Source: Candidatus Nanopelagicales bacterium | GTDB lineage: Bacteria; Actinomycetota; Actinomycetes; S36-B12 | Direction of reading: 5' to 3' | Assembly (NCBI GenBank): GCA_030726915.1 | Contig: JANRCR010000044.1 | Location: 354-64,353, forward strand | DNA: 64,000 nucleotides | Shown: positions 36,538 to 46,211 of the stretch, piece by piece | How positions within the stretch are numbered: position 1 is the stretch's first letter | Layout of the letters: every line of letters starts with the position of its first letter | Program-made: the position numbers and the translations under genes | The notes under the pieces: model-generated | Seen by the model: the letters and a program-made list of their open reading frames with translations, nothing else | Told to the model about the DNA's origin: nothing | The model's database searches: none

Positions 36538-39285
36538 GTGATTGTGGCTGGTGAGCGTGTGCTCGTGATTGTGGAGTCCCCGGCGAAGGCCAAGACCATC
36601 GCGGGCTACCTCAACCGCAGCGACGGTCGTAGTTTTGACGTCGAGGCATCCGTGGGGCATGTCCGGGATTTGGCGAGCAAGGCGTCGGAGCTCCCGGAGG
36701 GCCTGCGCAAGGAGCCGTGGTCCAAGTACGCCGTGAACACCGACGATGGATTCATCCCCTATTACGTCGTCCACGCCTCAAAGCGGCAGCGCATCAGCGA
36801 ACTCAAGAAGAAGTTGGCCGGTGCCTCTGAACTTTTGCTCGCCACGGACGAGGACCGCGAGGGTGAGGCCATCGCCTGGCACCTTCTGGAGGTCTTGAAA
36901 CCCAAGGTGCCTGTGCGTCGAATGGTCTTCCATGAGATCACCGAACACGCGATCACGGACGCGCTGACTCAGACCCGCGACCTGGATATGAAACTCGTCG
37001 ATGCCCAGGAGACACGTCGCATCGTCGACCGCCTCTACGGGTATCCCGTGTCTGAGGTGCTGTGGAAGAAGATCGGGCGCGAGGCGAGATCTGCCGGGCG
37101 CGTGCAGTCCGTCGCTGTCCGCCTGGTGGTGGACCGGGAGCGTGAGCGCATTGCCTTCGTCTCAGCCTCCTATTGGGACGTCTCGGCGACCTTCGATCCC
37201 GGATCCTTCGCGGCACGCCTTGTGTCGGTCAATGGGCAGCGGCTCGCGACGGGCCGTGACTTTGATGAGTCCGGACAACTCACCGGACGAGACGCAGCCC
37301 CGCTTGATGAGGCTGCGGCGCGCTCACTTGTCCTCGCCCTCGAGGGTGTCGACTACACGGTGCGTTCCGTGGTGGAGAAGCCAGGCAAGCGCAGCCCCAA
37401 GGCTCCGTTCATGACATCGACCCTGCAGCAGGAGGGGTCCCGCCGTTTTCGGTGGAATGCCCAGCGCACCATGCGGGTGGCCCAGGGTCTGTATGAGCGT
37501 GGCTACATCACCTACATGCGTACCGACTCCACAACGTTGTCCGAGCAGGCCGTGACGGCCGCTCGATCTCAGGCGGCACAGCTGTATGGCAATGATCATG
37601 TGGCCGATGCCCCGCGTCGCTACGACCGCAAGGTCAAGAATGCCCAGGAGGCTCACGAGGCGATCCGTCCCTCAGGCGATGTCTTTCGCACCCCCGGTGA
37701 GGTGCAGCGCGAATTAAGTGCGGATGAGTTCGCGCTCTATGACCTCATCTGGAAGCGCACACTCGCCTCGCAGATGGCTGATGCGCGCGTAGCGACGACG
37801 ACCGTGACCCTGGGAACGATGACGTCTGATGGGCGTGATGTGGAGTTCACCGCCTCGGGCACCGTCACGCTTTTTGCCGGATTCAAGGCGGCGTACGAGG
37901 ACACGCGCGAGGAGGAGACTGATGAGGAGTCCGAGCGCGTCCTCCCCATCCTGCGCGAAGGTCAGACCGTCACGGCGCGCGACATGGAAGCGGATGGACA
38001 CTCCACCAACCCACCGGCTCGCTTCACTGAGGCGTCACTCACGGCCAAGTTGGAGGATCTGGGCATCGGTAGGCCCTCCACCTATGCGTCCATCATGGGC
38101 ACGATCGTTGATCGTGGGTATGTCTGGAAGAAGGGCTCCGCGCTGGTCCCCTCCTTCCTCGCCTTTGCGGTGATCAGGCTTCTTGAGGAGCACTTCACCG
38201 ATCTCGTGGACTATCGCTTCACCGCGCGCATGGAGGAGTATCTCGATGCAATCGCCAACGGCGAGTCGGCACGCAACGACCAACTCGAGACATTTTGGCG
38301 GGGGGGCGAGACCGACACGGGTGCCTTCCGTGGAGTGCTGGATCTGACCTCGGATCTCGGTGCCATTGACGCGCGCATGCTCTCCACATTCCCCATCATC
38401 GGCTCGGATGCGTCAGTGCGCGTTGGTCGCTACGGCGCCTTCGTCGAGCGGGGCGAGGAGCGCGCATCCATTCCCGAGGATCTTGCACCGGATGAGCTGA
38501 CGGCCGACAAGGCCGAGGAGTTGCTCGCTGCACCCTCGGGTGAACGTGAGCTCGGTCTGGACCCCGAGACCGGGTTGGACATCATCGCGAGGTCCGGGCG
38601 ATACGGCCCCTACGTGTCGGAGGTGCTGCCGGAAGATTCCCCCAAGTCGGCCAAGCCGCGCACGGGTTCGCTGCTGAAGTCCATGTCGCTTGACACCGTG
38701 ACGTTGGATGACGCCCTGCGGCTGCTGGCTCTGCCGCGCGTCGTGGGTGTCGATCCGGCCGACGGACTCCAGATCACCGCGCAGAACGGTCGCTACGGTG
38801 CCTATCTGCTGAAGGAGAAGGATTCGCGGTCGCTGCCGACCGAGGAGTCCATCTTTGAGGTCACCCTGGAGGAGGCGCTGGCGCTCTATGCCCAGCCCAA
38901 GCAGCGCCGGGGCGCCGCATCTGCTCCTCCGCTGAAGGAACTCGGTGATGATCCGGTGTCAGGGAGGCCGGTGGTGCTCAAGGAGGGTCGATTCGGCCCG
39001 TACGTCACCGACGGTGAGATCAATGCCTCACTTCGGCGCGACGACAATCCCGACACGATCGATGCTGCCCGTGCCTATGAGTTGATCGCGGACCGCCGGG
39101 CGTTGGGGCCGCCCAAGCGCAAGGTGGCCAAGAAGACCGCCAAGAAGGCCCCGGCAAAAAAGGCTGCGGCTAAGAAGGCTGCCGCAAAGAAGACTGCCGC
39201 AAAGAAGGCCCCGGCTAAGAAGGCCCCGGCACTCACGACAGCCGCACTGATGGCGAACGCCCCGGCACAGCCCGCCGACGCGTAG
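36538..39285 (+). CDS. topA: DNA topoisomerase I (type IA) with Lys/Ala-rich C-terminal tail
   Basis: 915 aa with Toprim N-terminus LVIVESPAKAKTIAGYL, DEDREGE and the active-site region GYITYMRTDS. There are no Zn-ribbon Cys motifs. The tail is (A/P)AKK repeats. Confidence 0.95.
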   Translation: MIVAGERVLVIVESPAKAKTIAGYLNRSDGRSFDVEASVGHVRDLASKASELPEGLRKEPWSKYAVNTDDGFIPYYVVHASKRQRISELKKKLAGASELLLATDEDREGEAIAWHLLEVLKPKVPVRRMVFHEITEHAITDALTQTRDLDMKLVDAQETRRIVDRLYGYPVSEVLWKKIGREARSAGRVQSVAVRLVVDRERERIAFVSASYWDVSATFDPGSFAARLVSVNGQRLATGRDFDESGQLTGRDAAPLDEAAARSLVLALEGVDYTVRSVVEKPGKRSPKAPFMTSTLQQEGSRRFRWNAQRTMRVAQGLYERGYITYMRTDSTTLSEQAVTAARSQAAQLYGNDHVADAPRRYDRKVKNAQEAHEAIRPSGDVFRTPGEVQRELSADEFALYDLIWKRTLASQMADARVATTTVTLGTMTSDGRDVEFTASGTVTLFAGFKAAYEDTREEETDEESERVLPILREGQTVTARDMEADGHSTNPPARFTEASLTAKLEDLGIGRPSTYASIMGTIVDRGYVWKKGSALVPSFLAFAVIRLLEEHFTDLVDYRFTARMEEYLDAIANGESARNDQLETFWRGGETDTGAFRGVLDLTSDLGAIDARMLSTFPIIGSDASVRVGRYGAFVERGEERASIPEDLAPDELTADKAEELLAAPSGERELGLDPETGLDIIARSGRYGPYVSEVLPEDSPKSAKPRTGSLLKSMSLDTVTLDDALRLLALPRVVGVDPADGLQITAQNGRYGAYLLKEKDSRSLPTEESIFEVTLEEALALYAQPKQRRGAASAPPLKELGDDPVSGRPVVLKEGRFGPYVTDGEINASLRRDDNPDTIDAARAYELIADRRALGPPKRKVAKKTAKKAPAKKAAAKKAAAKKTAAKKAPAKKAPALTTAALMANAPAQPADA
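39118..39230 (+). repeat. coding Lys/Ala repeat tract (topA tail)
   Basis: Encodes RKVAKKTAKKAPAKKAAAKKAAAKKTAAKKAPAKKAP, with reiterated aagaaggc(c/t) units. Confidence 0.85.
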
Positions 39286-39295
39286 GCTTTCCCGC

Positions 39296-39922
39296 GTGGA
39301 TACCTCGGCCTTCATCGTCTTCGAGGGGGGTGAGGGCGCGGGCAAGTCCACGCAGTCCGGTGCCCTTGCGGACTACCTTCACGCCCGCGGTCATGCGGTT
39401 GTGCGCACGCGTGAGCCCGGTGGGACGCCGGCTGCGGAGGCCATCCGGGCCGTGTTGCTCGATACGGCCAATGCCGGACTCGATGATCGCGCGGAGGCGC
39501 TCCTGTTTGCCGCGGCGCGTGGGGACCACGCCGCGCGGGTGATCCGCCCGGCACTCGCCCGTGGTGACATCGTGGTGTGTGATCGATTCATGGATTCCTC
39601 CATCGCCTACCAGGGCGTCGCACGTGGTCTTGGCATCGACCGTGTTCGCGACCTGAGTCTCTGGGCGACCGGTGGCCTGCAACCCGCATTGACGATCGTG
39701 CTCGACGTTGATCCAGACCTGGGTCTGGCTCGTGTTGTTGGACCCGATCGACTTGAGGCTGAGCCTGCCGAGTGGCATGCGCGCGTGCGACAGGCCTTCC
39801 TCGACATCGCTGCGACAGACCCGGATCGCTATCTCGTGCTCGATGCTTCCCGACCTGCCGAGGACCTCGCGGTCGAGATCGCCATGGCTGTCGGAGCACT
39901 GCTGGGAGACGATTCGCTGTGA
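39296..39922 (+). CDS. tmk: dTMP (thymidylate) kinase
   Basis: 208 aa with P-loop FIVFEGGEGAGKSTQ, a DRF motif (VCDRFMDSS) and a lid region. Confidence 0.92.
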   Translation: MDTSAFIVFEGGEGAGKSTQSGALADYLHARGHAVVRTREPGGTPAAEAIRAVLLDTANAGLDDRAEALLFAAARGDHAARVIRPALARGDIVVCDRFMDSSIAYQGVARGLGIDRVRDLSLWATGGLQPALTIVLDVDPDLGLARVVGPDRLEAEPAEWHARVRQAFLDIAATDPDRYLVLDASRPAEDLAVEIAMAVGALLGDDSL

Positions 39923-41082
39923 CGTCAGCCTGGGACGCTCTCATCGGCCAGGACAATGTCGTCGCGGAGTTGGCACATGCGGTGGCGGATCCTGCCGCGA
40001 TGACCCACGCGTGGCTCATCACGGGACCTCCCGGATCCGGACGCTCGACCGCGGCAGTGGCCTTTGCCGCGGCCCTGCAGTGCCCGGATCAGGGCTGCGG
40101 TGTGTGCTCCATCTGCAGTGCGGCCCTCGCGGGGAGCCATCCCGACGTAGACCTGGTGGTCTCTGAGACGCTGAGTTACGGAGTGGATGACGCGCGTGAT
40201 CTCATCCTGCGAGCCGCTGTGGTCCCGGCTGATGCCCCCTGGCACATCGTGGTGATCGAGGACGCGGATCGCCTCACCGAATCCGCGGTCAACGTCTTGC
40301 TCAAGGTGCTCGAGGAGCCACCACTCCATCTTGTCTGGCTCCTGTGCGCCCCCAGTCCCGAGGATGTCCTCCCCACCATCAGGTCGCGTACGCGCGGAGT
40401 GCACCTGCGGACCCCGTCCACCGCCGAGGTGGCGCAGGCCTTGAGTGCCAGGCACGGCGTCGATGCCGCCATGGCGGCGTTCGCTGCGCGCTCATCCCAG
40501 GGCCACATCGGCCGTGCGCGGGCTCTGGCGACCGATGCAGAGGCGCGCCGCCGCCGCCAGGAGGTGCTGCGCCTCCCAGCATCGCTGCGGGACCTCAGCT
40601 CATGCTTCGCAGCGGCTGAGGAGTTGCTCGCCATGGCGACCGAGGATGCGTCGAGCCTCACCAACGGTCTGGATATGACCGAGGAGGAGTCCCTCATGCG
40701 CGCCTACGGTGCCGGTGCCGAAGGGGTCACCAAGACGCGCATGGACAAAATCGCGAAGGCCGCGCTGAAGGACCTGCGCAAGGTCCAGGCCAGTCGTCGC
40801 AAGCGAGCCGTGCGCGATCAACTCGATCGCGCTCTGGTGGACCTCCTGACCTACTTCCGCGATGTCCTGGTGTTGCAGATGGGTGCCGAGGTGGCACTCG
40901 TCAACGATGAGATGCGCACCCAACTCCTGCAGGAGGCCTCCATGAGCTCCCCATCGGAGACGGGACGCAGGCTCGATGCTATTGAGCGATGCCGGCTTGC
41001 GGTGCAGGCCAACGGGAGTCTCCCGCTGGTGCTGGAGTCCATGCTCGTCGAGGTCAAGGACCCGCTGGTGCGCGTGCGCTAG
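39919..41082 (+). CDS. holB: DNA polymerase III subunit delta'
   Basis: GTG 39919 (GTGA overlap with tmk). AAA+ clamp-loader fold with HAWLITGPPGSGRS, Cys cluster CPDQGCGVCSICSA and SRTR (TIRSRTR). Confidence 0.88.
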   Translation: MTSAWDALIGQDNVVAELAHAVADPAAMTHAWLITGPPGSGRSTAAVAFAAALQCPDQGCGVCSICSAALAGSHPDVDLVVSETLSYGVDDARDLILRAAVVPADAPWHIVVIEDADRLTESAVNVLLKVLEEPPLHLVWLLCAPSPEDVLPTIRSRTRGVHLRTPSTAEVAQALSARHGVDAAMAAFAARSSQGHIGRARALATDAEARRRRQEVLRLPASLRDLSSCFAAAEELLAMATEDASSLTNGLDMTEEESLMRAYGAGAEGVTKTRMDKIAKAALKDLRKVQASRRKRAVRDQLDRALVDLLTYFRDVLVLQMGAEVALVNDEMRTQLLQEASMSSPSETGRRLDAIERCRLAVQANGSLPLVLESMLVEVKDPLVRVR

Positions 41083-41963
41083 GCCCCCGATGCGCGTTGC
41101 AGACCGTGTGTGTAGGCCACGAGTCCCTCCAGTGCGGGAGTGAGCACCTCGTCGGTGCTGCGCGCAATGTCGGGAGCGGCCAGCATCGTGGCGGATGCGG
41201 TGATCAGGCGCTCGTACGTCGTACATCCCGTGGCGAGTCGCTCACGGACTTCCACGGATGCTGTCGTGGCCGCTGCCTCCGCTGGTGTGCCCGGCATCTC
41301 GCGGCGGATGCCGTGCAGGATGACGAGGCGGTCCACGAGGGCGTGCAACTGCGGTGCGGCTTCCAGGTCAGCCTGGCGGAGTTCTGCGGCCGCTCCCGGA
41401 TGCAGGCGGTCAATAGCGGGAATCACCTGGCTGAGTTGCATGCGCAGTGACGTCAATCGCCGTGCCTGCTCCGACCCAATGGCATCAGCGGGGACGATGG
41501 CCGGCGGGGGAGGTGGTACGTCGACTCGCGGTGCCGGGGGCAGTTGCGCACGCCGCCTGCGCGCGGTGAGCGCGGTGACACCGCCGGCTGCTGCGGCGAC
41601 GACCCACATCCAGGCTGGCCCGTAGACACCCGCTTGAGCCGTGGTGCTCTCGACGACGATGTCGAGGACGCCCAGGGTGCCGGCCACTCCGACGACCACG
41701 GTGCCCCCGGTCACCTCATTGCTGAGGCGGCGCTGCAATCGCTGGTGGCGGCGAAGCGCTCGGCGCTGCTCCGCGAGGGCCCGATCGTGCTCGGCCTGCA
41801 GCGCCCGAGCCTGGGCGGTGGGTCGCAGTGCACGCGCCTGACGCCAGGCATCAACCACATCAAGCCCGCGACTGATACCCGCCTGCACGACTCGGGCGAA
41901 TTGCTCGCCGTCAGGTGAACGTGCCATGCCCCCACGGTACGCCGCCCCGGGTCCGCGTGGCAT
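41079..41963 (-). CDS. hypothetical membrane protein (two central TM helices, helical cytoplasmic arms)
   Basis: 294-aa ORF (an alternative start M13 gives MARSPDG). Has a helical Arg/Ala-rich N-arm, TM pair VVVGVAGTLGVLDIVV / AWMWVVAAAAGGVTAL, a PPPPP linker and a helical C-domain. No motif recognised. Confidence 0.5.
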   Translation of the reverse strand: MPRGPGAAYRGGMARSPDGEQFARVVQAGISRGLDVVDAWRQARALRPTAQARALQAEHDRALAEQRRALRRHQRLQRRLSNEVTGGTVVVGVAGTLGVLDIVVESTTAQAGVYGPAWMWVVAAAAGGVTALTARRRRAQLPPAPRVDVPPPPPAIVPADAIGSEQARRLTSLRMQLSQVIPAIDRLHPGAAAELRQADLEAAPQLHALVDRLVILHGIRREMPGTPAEAAATTASVEVRERLATGCTTYERLITASATMLAAPDIARSTDEVLTPALEGLVAYTHGLQRASGA

Positions 41964-41993
41964 CCGCGCGGTTGCCGACCGTAACCTCGCGGG

Positions 41994-43502
41994 GTGAGCA
42001 GGGTGGATATCGGGCGCGCAGTGATCGGGGGCCTGATGGCCACGATGGCTCTTGTGGCGTGCTCCCCGTCCCCTCCCGTGGACGGGGTCTCATCGGCATC
42101 CTCGCCACCCCCCGCGGATCTCGCCACCTTCTACACCCAGGTGCTCACGTGGTCACCGTGCGAGGACGCGGAGTGCGCCACCCTGTCGGTCCCGGTGGAT
42201 TACGCCCGCCCGGAGGATGGGTCCATCGACCTGGCGGTCGTGCGTCGCCCGGCGGCGGGTGCCGCCCAGGGCACGCTTGTCGTCAACCCCGGTGGCCCCG
42301 GGGCCAGCGGCACCGCCTACGCCCGTGCTGCGGACCGCGTGCTCGGCATGCCCGTGGTCAACGCCTTTGATGTCGTGGGTTTTGATCCCCGAGGCGTGGG
42401 GGGATCAGCCCCGGTGCGCTGCGCCTCCCCAGGAGATCTTGATGAGCTCATCGATGCCGATGCGACTCCTGACACCCCGGACGAGATCGACGAGATCCGG
42501 CGGGTGAGTGCGTTGATCGACTGCGTGGCACCGGTGGAGGGACTCCTGGACAATCTGTCGACGGCTGATTCCGCGCGTGACCTCGATGTGCTGCGCGCCG
42601 CGTTAGGCCAATCGCGGTTGGACTATCTCGGAGTGTCCTACGGCACGCACCTCGGGGCGACGTACGCCGCGCTCTTCCCCGATCGTGTGGGCCACTTTGT
42701 CCTGGATGGGCCGTTGCCCTCGGGCCTCGATGCCGAGCAGGTGACCCTCGGTCAAGCCCTGGGCTTCGAAAACTCCCTGCGCCGCTTCCTTGAGGATTGC
42801 CGGCGGGTGGGGGACTGCCCCCTGGGTGATGATGCGGACACGTCGGTGGGGTTGGATCGGTTGCGGGAGTTGTTGGAGGCACTCGATGCCAGGCCAGCGC
42901 CAACGGCTGATCCGGATCGGCCCCTCACCGAGGGAGCGGCGACGTACGCCATCCTCCTCTCGCTCTACCGGGTGAGTGACCGCCCGCTCCTGCGAGATGC
43001 GCTGGCCTCACTGGTCGCCGGAGATGGCACACCGCTGCAGCGACTGCTGGATGAGCGCATCGGGCGCGGACCCGACGGTGTCTATCGCGACAATGCCATG
43101 GATGCCTTCTATGCCATCACGTGCAGTGATCGCGCGGTGGCGACGGACGTGCCGGCGCAGGTGGAGCGGCTGGCTTCTGCTGCTCCGATCCTGGGTGAGT
43201 ATCTCGGCTGGGGCAACCTCCCCTGCGAGGCTGCCGGCATCGTGGCGGCGCGGACCACCCCTCCTCCCGCAGGTGCGAGCGGTCCGGCTCCGCCCATGCT
43301 CGTGATTGCCACGACACATGATCCGGCTACGCCGTACACGTGGGTGGAGACCTTCCTCGCTGAGATTGGCAGCGGCGTACTCCTCGTGCGGGATGGGGAC
43401 GGTCACACGGGATACCGCGAGGGTTCCGACTGCATCGATGAGGCGGTCGATGCCTTCCTGCTCGACGGTGTGCTCCCCGCACCCGGCACGACCTGCGTGT
43501 GA
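41994..43502 (+). CDS. secreted lipoprotein alpha/beta hydrolase (tripeptidyl-aminopeptidase / TAP-like family)
   Basis: 502 aa with lipobox MALVAC, nucleophile elbow GVSYGTHLG and a C-terminal region with conserved DGHTGY and Cys pairs, as in the Streptomyces TAP / mycobacterial Hip1-type family. Confidence 0.8.
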   Translation: MSRVDIGRAVIGGLMATMALVACSPSPPVDGVSSASSPPPADLATFYTQVLTWSPCEDAECATLSVPVDYARPEDGSIDLAVVRRPAAGAAQGTLVVNPGGPGASGTAYARAADRVLGMPVVNAFDVVGFDPRGVGGSAPVRCASPGDLDELIDADATPDTPDEIDEIRRVSALIDCVAPVEGLLDNLSTADSARDLDVLRAALGQSRLDYLGVSYGTHLGATYAALFPDRVGHFVLDGPLPSGLDAEQVTLGQALGFENSLRRFLEDCRRVGDCPLGDDADTSVGLDRLRELLEALDARPAPTADPDRPLTEGAATYAILLSLYRVSDRPLLRDALASLVAGDGTPLQRLLDERIGRGPDGVYRDNAMDAFYAITCSDRAVATDVPAQVERLASAAPILGEYLGWGNLPCEAAGIVAARTTPPPAGASGPAPPMLVIATTHDPATPYTWVETFLAEIGSGVLLVRDGDGHTGYREGSDCIDEAVDAFLLDGVLPAPGTTCV

Positions 43503-44638
43503 CTTACGCTGCGAGCATGCGCAAGCCTCCGGTGGAAGCACCGCCCATTGACGTTCGCTCCGACACGGTCACCCATCCGACAGCGGCGATGCGCGCCGCG
43601 ATGGCAGACGCTCCCGTGGGAGACGACGTCTTTGGGGATGATCCGACGGTGGCGGCCCTGGAGGAGCGTGCCGCCGACCTCCTGGGCAAGGAATCAGCGC
43701 TCTTCGTTGCGTCCGGCACCATGGGCAATCTGGTCAGCATCATGGCTCAGGTGCCGCGGGGAGGAGAGATCATCGCCCCGGCCGAGTCGCATGTCTTCAA
43801 CGATGAGGCGGCCAACTACGCCGTCGTGGCTGGCGCGGGGATGCGGCCCATCCGCGAGCACCCCGACGGCGAGATGCCCATCGATAGCGTGGTCGAAGCG
43901 ATCCAGGATGAGACCGATCCGCACTGCCCGATCACGAGCCTGGTGGTGGTGGAAAACTGTCACGCCCACACGATGAGTCGTCCCATCTCTGCGGAGTATC
44001 TACGTGCTCTGCGAGCACACCTTCCCGCTGGATTGCCGATCCACGTCGACGGTGCACGGCTCTTCAATGCCGTGATCGCCTTGGACGTCACCCCCGCTGA
44101 TCTTGTCCGCGATGCCGATAGCGTCACCTTCTGTCTGAGCAAGGGATTGTCAGCCCCGGTCGGCAGTATCGTCGCGGGCCCTCAGTCAATGATTGATCGT
44201 GCTCGCCGCGCGCGCAAACTTCTCGGCGGTGGCCTGCGCCAGGTGGGAGTGCTCGCGGCCGCGGGTCTGGTCGCATTGAGTGAGGGAGATGACGGCACCG
44301 TCAGCCGCCTGGTGGAGGACCATCGACGGGCGCGGCTCTTGGCTGAGGGTTTGAGCCTCCAGGAGGGTGTGGTGAGCCCGGGCCATCTGGCTCAGCCCGA
44401 GGAGGGTCCCCTTGATCCACGGCGCGTGGTGACCAACTTCGTACTCTTCACTGTTCGGGGAGGCCCACCGCGGCGTACGGCGTACCTCAGCGCCATGCGA
44501 GAGCGGGGGATCGGCATGGTGTCCTACCCCCACGGCCAGGTCCGGGCCGTGACACACCGCGGCATCAGCGATGACGACATTGACGTGATCCTCGCTGAGA
44601 GCGCAGCCGCACTCCGGGCGACTCGTGCCCTGGTGTGA
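43499..44638 (+). CDS. ltaE: low-specificity L-threonine aldolase (PLP-dependent)
   Basis: Contains DVRSDTVTHPTAAMRAAM...VGDDVFGDDPT...ASGTMGN and the Lys context FCLSKGLSAP. The start is GTG 43499 (GTGA overlap) or ATG 43517. Confidence 0.85.
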   Translation: MTYAASMRKPPVEAPPIDVRSDTVTHPTAAMRAAMADAPVGDDVFGDDPTVAALEERAADLLGKESALFVASGTMGNLVSIMAQVPRGGEIIAPAESHVFNDEAANYAVVAGAGMRPIREHPDGEMPIDSVVEAIQDETDPHCPITSLVVVENCHAHTMSRPISAEYLRALRAHLPAGLPIHVDGARLFNAVIALDVTPADLVRDADSVTFCLSKGLSAPVGSIVAGPQSMIDRARRARKLLGGGLRQVGVLAAAGLVALSEGDDGTVSRLVEDHRRARLLAEGLSLQEGVVSPGHLAQPEEGPLDPRRVVTNFVLFTVRGGPPRRTAYLSAMRERGIGMVSYPHGQVRAVTHRGISDDDIDVILAESAAALRATRALV

Positions 44639-44659
44639 CCTGCGTTCCTGAATCGACGC

Positions 44660-45499
44660 TCACACGACCAGGGCGACGACGGCGCCGAGAGCGAGCGCGA
44701 CGCCGGCCCACTGCACACGCGACATGCGCTCCTTGAGCAGGAAGTGCGCAATCAGCAGCGTGGTCGCTGGATAGAGCGATCCGATCACAGCGACCACGGC
44801 CAGTTCACCATCCTGCGCAGCAAGCTGGAAGAAGCCGTTGGCGAGCGCATCGAGGGCTCCGGCGCCGATGGCGAATGCCCAGGGATAGGGGCGCCACCTT
44901 GCCAGGCCACTGCGCGAGAGCAAGATAATGGCCACGATGACCATGCCGAGCGTGGACCACCACCTGCTCAGCGTCGCGGCCCACACACCCGAATCCTCGG
45001 GAGCGATCCCGAGCGCGGTGAGGAACAAGCCGATGGCGATGCCGGCTCCGGCGGACAGGAGCAGCGCCCGGGGTGTGATGCGCGCATGCGGGCCCGACTC
45101 GCGGCTCACCAGGAACACCGCGCCCAGGGCCAGGATCGCGCCCACTCCGAAGAGGAGTGTCAGTGGCTCCCCGCGGATCATTCCGGCCGCCACTGGGATC
45201 GCGGCTCCACCTATGGCGGTGAGCGGAGAGACGATGCCCATCGGCCCCACGGCGAGGGCGGCGTAGAGCAGGAGCATCCCCAGGGTGCCGAAGATCGCGG
45301 TCACCAGGGAGAGCAGGACGACATCTCGATCGATCGTCCCCGGCACGACGAAGAGAGCGAAGCAGGTGAGGATGAGTGCGCCGGCCGGGTAGTTGACGGC
45401 GATAACCCGTGCGCTGCCGACCCGTCGAGCACCGAGCCCACCAGCCACATCGGCCGAGCCCCACGCCACGCTGGAGACAAGGGCAAGGAGCGCGCCCAC
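44660..45499 (-). CDS. EamA/DMT-family transporter
   Basis: In-frame GTG 45499 lies 6 nt after AGGAG (45506-45510). 279 aa, about 10 TM helices, EamA-like WGSADVAGG. The Arg/Pro-rich 5' extension of track ORF 44660-45757 was discarded. Confidence 0.8.
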   Translation of the reverse strand: MGALLALVSSVAWGSADVAGGLGARRVGSARVIAVNYPAGALILTCFALFVVPGTIDRDVVLLSLVTAIFGTLGMLLLYAALAVGPMGIVSPLTAIGGAAIPVAAGMIRGEPLTLLFGVGAILALGAVFLVSRESGPHARITPRALLLSAGAGIAIGLFLTALGIAPEDSGVWAATLSRWWSTLGMVIVAIILLSRSGLARWRPYPWAFAIGAGALDALANGFFQLAAQDGELAVVAVIGSLYPATTLLIAHFLLKERMSRVQWAGVALALGAVVALVV

Positions 45500-45638
45500 T
45501 GTCACCTCCTGGCTTGCCCGTCCTCGCGGCGGGGAGCGGCTCACTGTGCCAGACGCCCCCACCGGGCCGGCCTCGGGGGAGCGTCGATATGTGTCGTGAG
45601 TCATCGACTGCGGGGCCAATCTGTGATGGCCACGGGTT

Positions 45639-45950
45639 ATGACTGAGATCCCACCCCTGCGTCGTCGCACCTTCCTCGGCCTTGCCGCGGGAGACCCCGG
45701 CATCGCGGGCCACGAGCCCGTGCGCGCTGAGTCCCAGGCGCAGTTCACCGGTGTCATGACGGCGTCGGAATTTGTCCACGAGGCAACGCCGGGCGGCGGT
45801 TCCTACTCCAATGAGGGCAACTACTTCCAAGACAACTGGCAGACGGAGTTTTGGGGAAGCAACTACCCTCGCCTCCTGCGCGTCAAGAAGCAGTACGACC
45901 CGACCAATCTCTTCCGCGTCCACAAGGGAGTGGGCAGCGAGGACGACTAG
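45639..45950 (+). pseudogene. remnant of a Tat-exported FAD-linked (BBE-type) oxidase: signal peptide fused to the C-terminal BBE domain only
   Basis: The 103-aa ORF starts with a twin-arginine motif (PLRRRTFLGLAAG). It ends with a BBE-domain signature (YSNEGNYFQDNW...FWGSNYPRLLRVKKQYDPTNLFRVHKGV). The roughly 350-aa FAD-binding/substrate part expected between them is absent. Confidence 0.5.
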
Positions 45951-45962
45951 GTCGGGTGGTGC

Positions 45963-46175
45963 CTAGCCGCTCTTGCGACGGAACTCCCGCTTGCCACCGG
46001 CCTTGGCGGATGTCCCCTTCGCTGATGTGGATCCACCACTGGCTCCGGATGCACCGTGACCGCCACGCTCGTTCTTCTGCTCGAGGGCCTGGCGGTAGCG
46101 CTCCTTGGCGTCTTCGGCCGGGGTGGTGTCTGCGGCCGGGGTGGCGTCGGACTCTTCAGTGGGGGATTCGTCCAT
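45963..46175 (-). CDS. DUF5302-like small protein
   Basis: 70 aa with an acidic N-terminus, KERYRQALEQK, a Gly/Ser-rich middle and a C-terminal KREFRRKSG, as in the DUF5302 proteins I remember. Confidence 0.65.
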   Translation of the reverse strand: MDESPTEESDATPAADTTPAEDAKERYRQALEQKNERGGHGASGASGGSTSAKGTSAKAGGKREFRRKSG

Positions 46176-46211
46176 GACCTCAGTGTGCCAGCGTCTCTCC
46201 CGCCACCGGGG

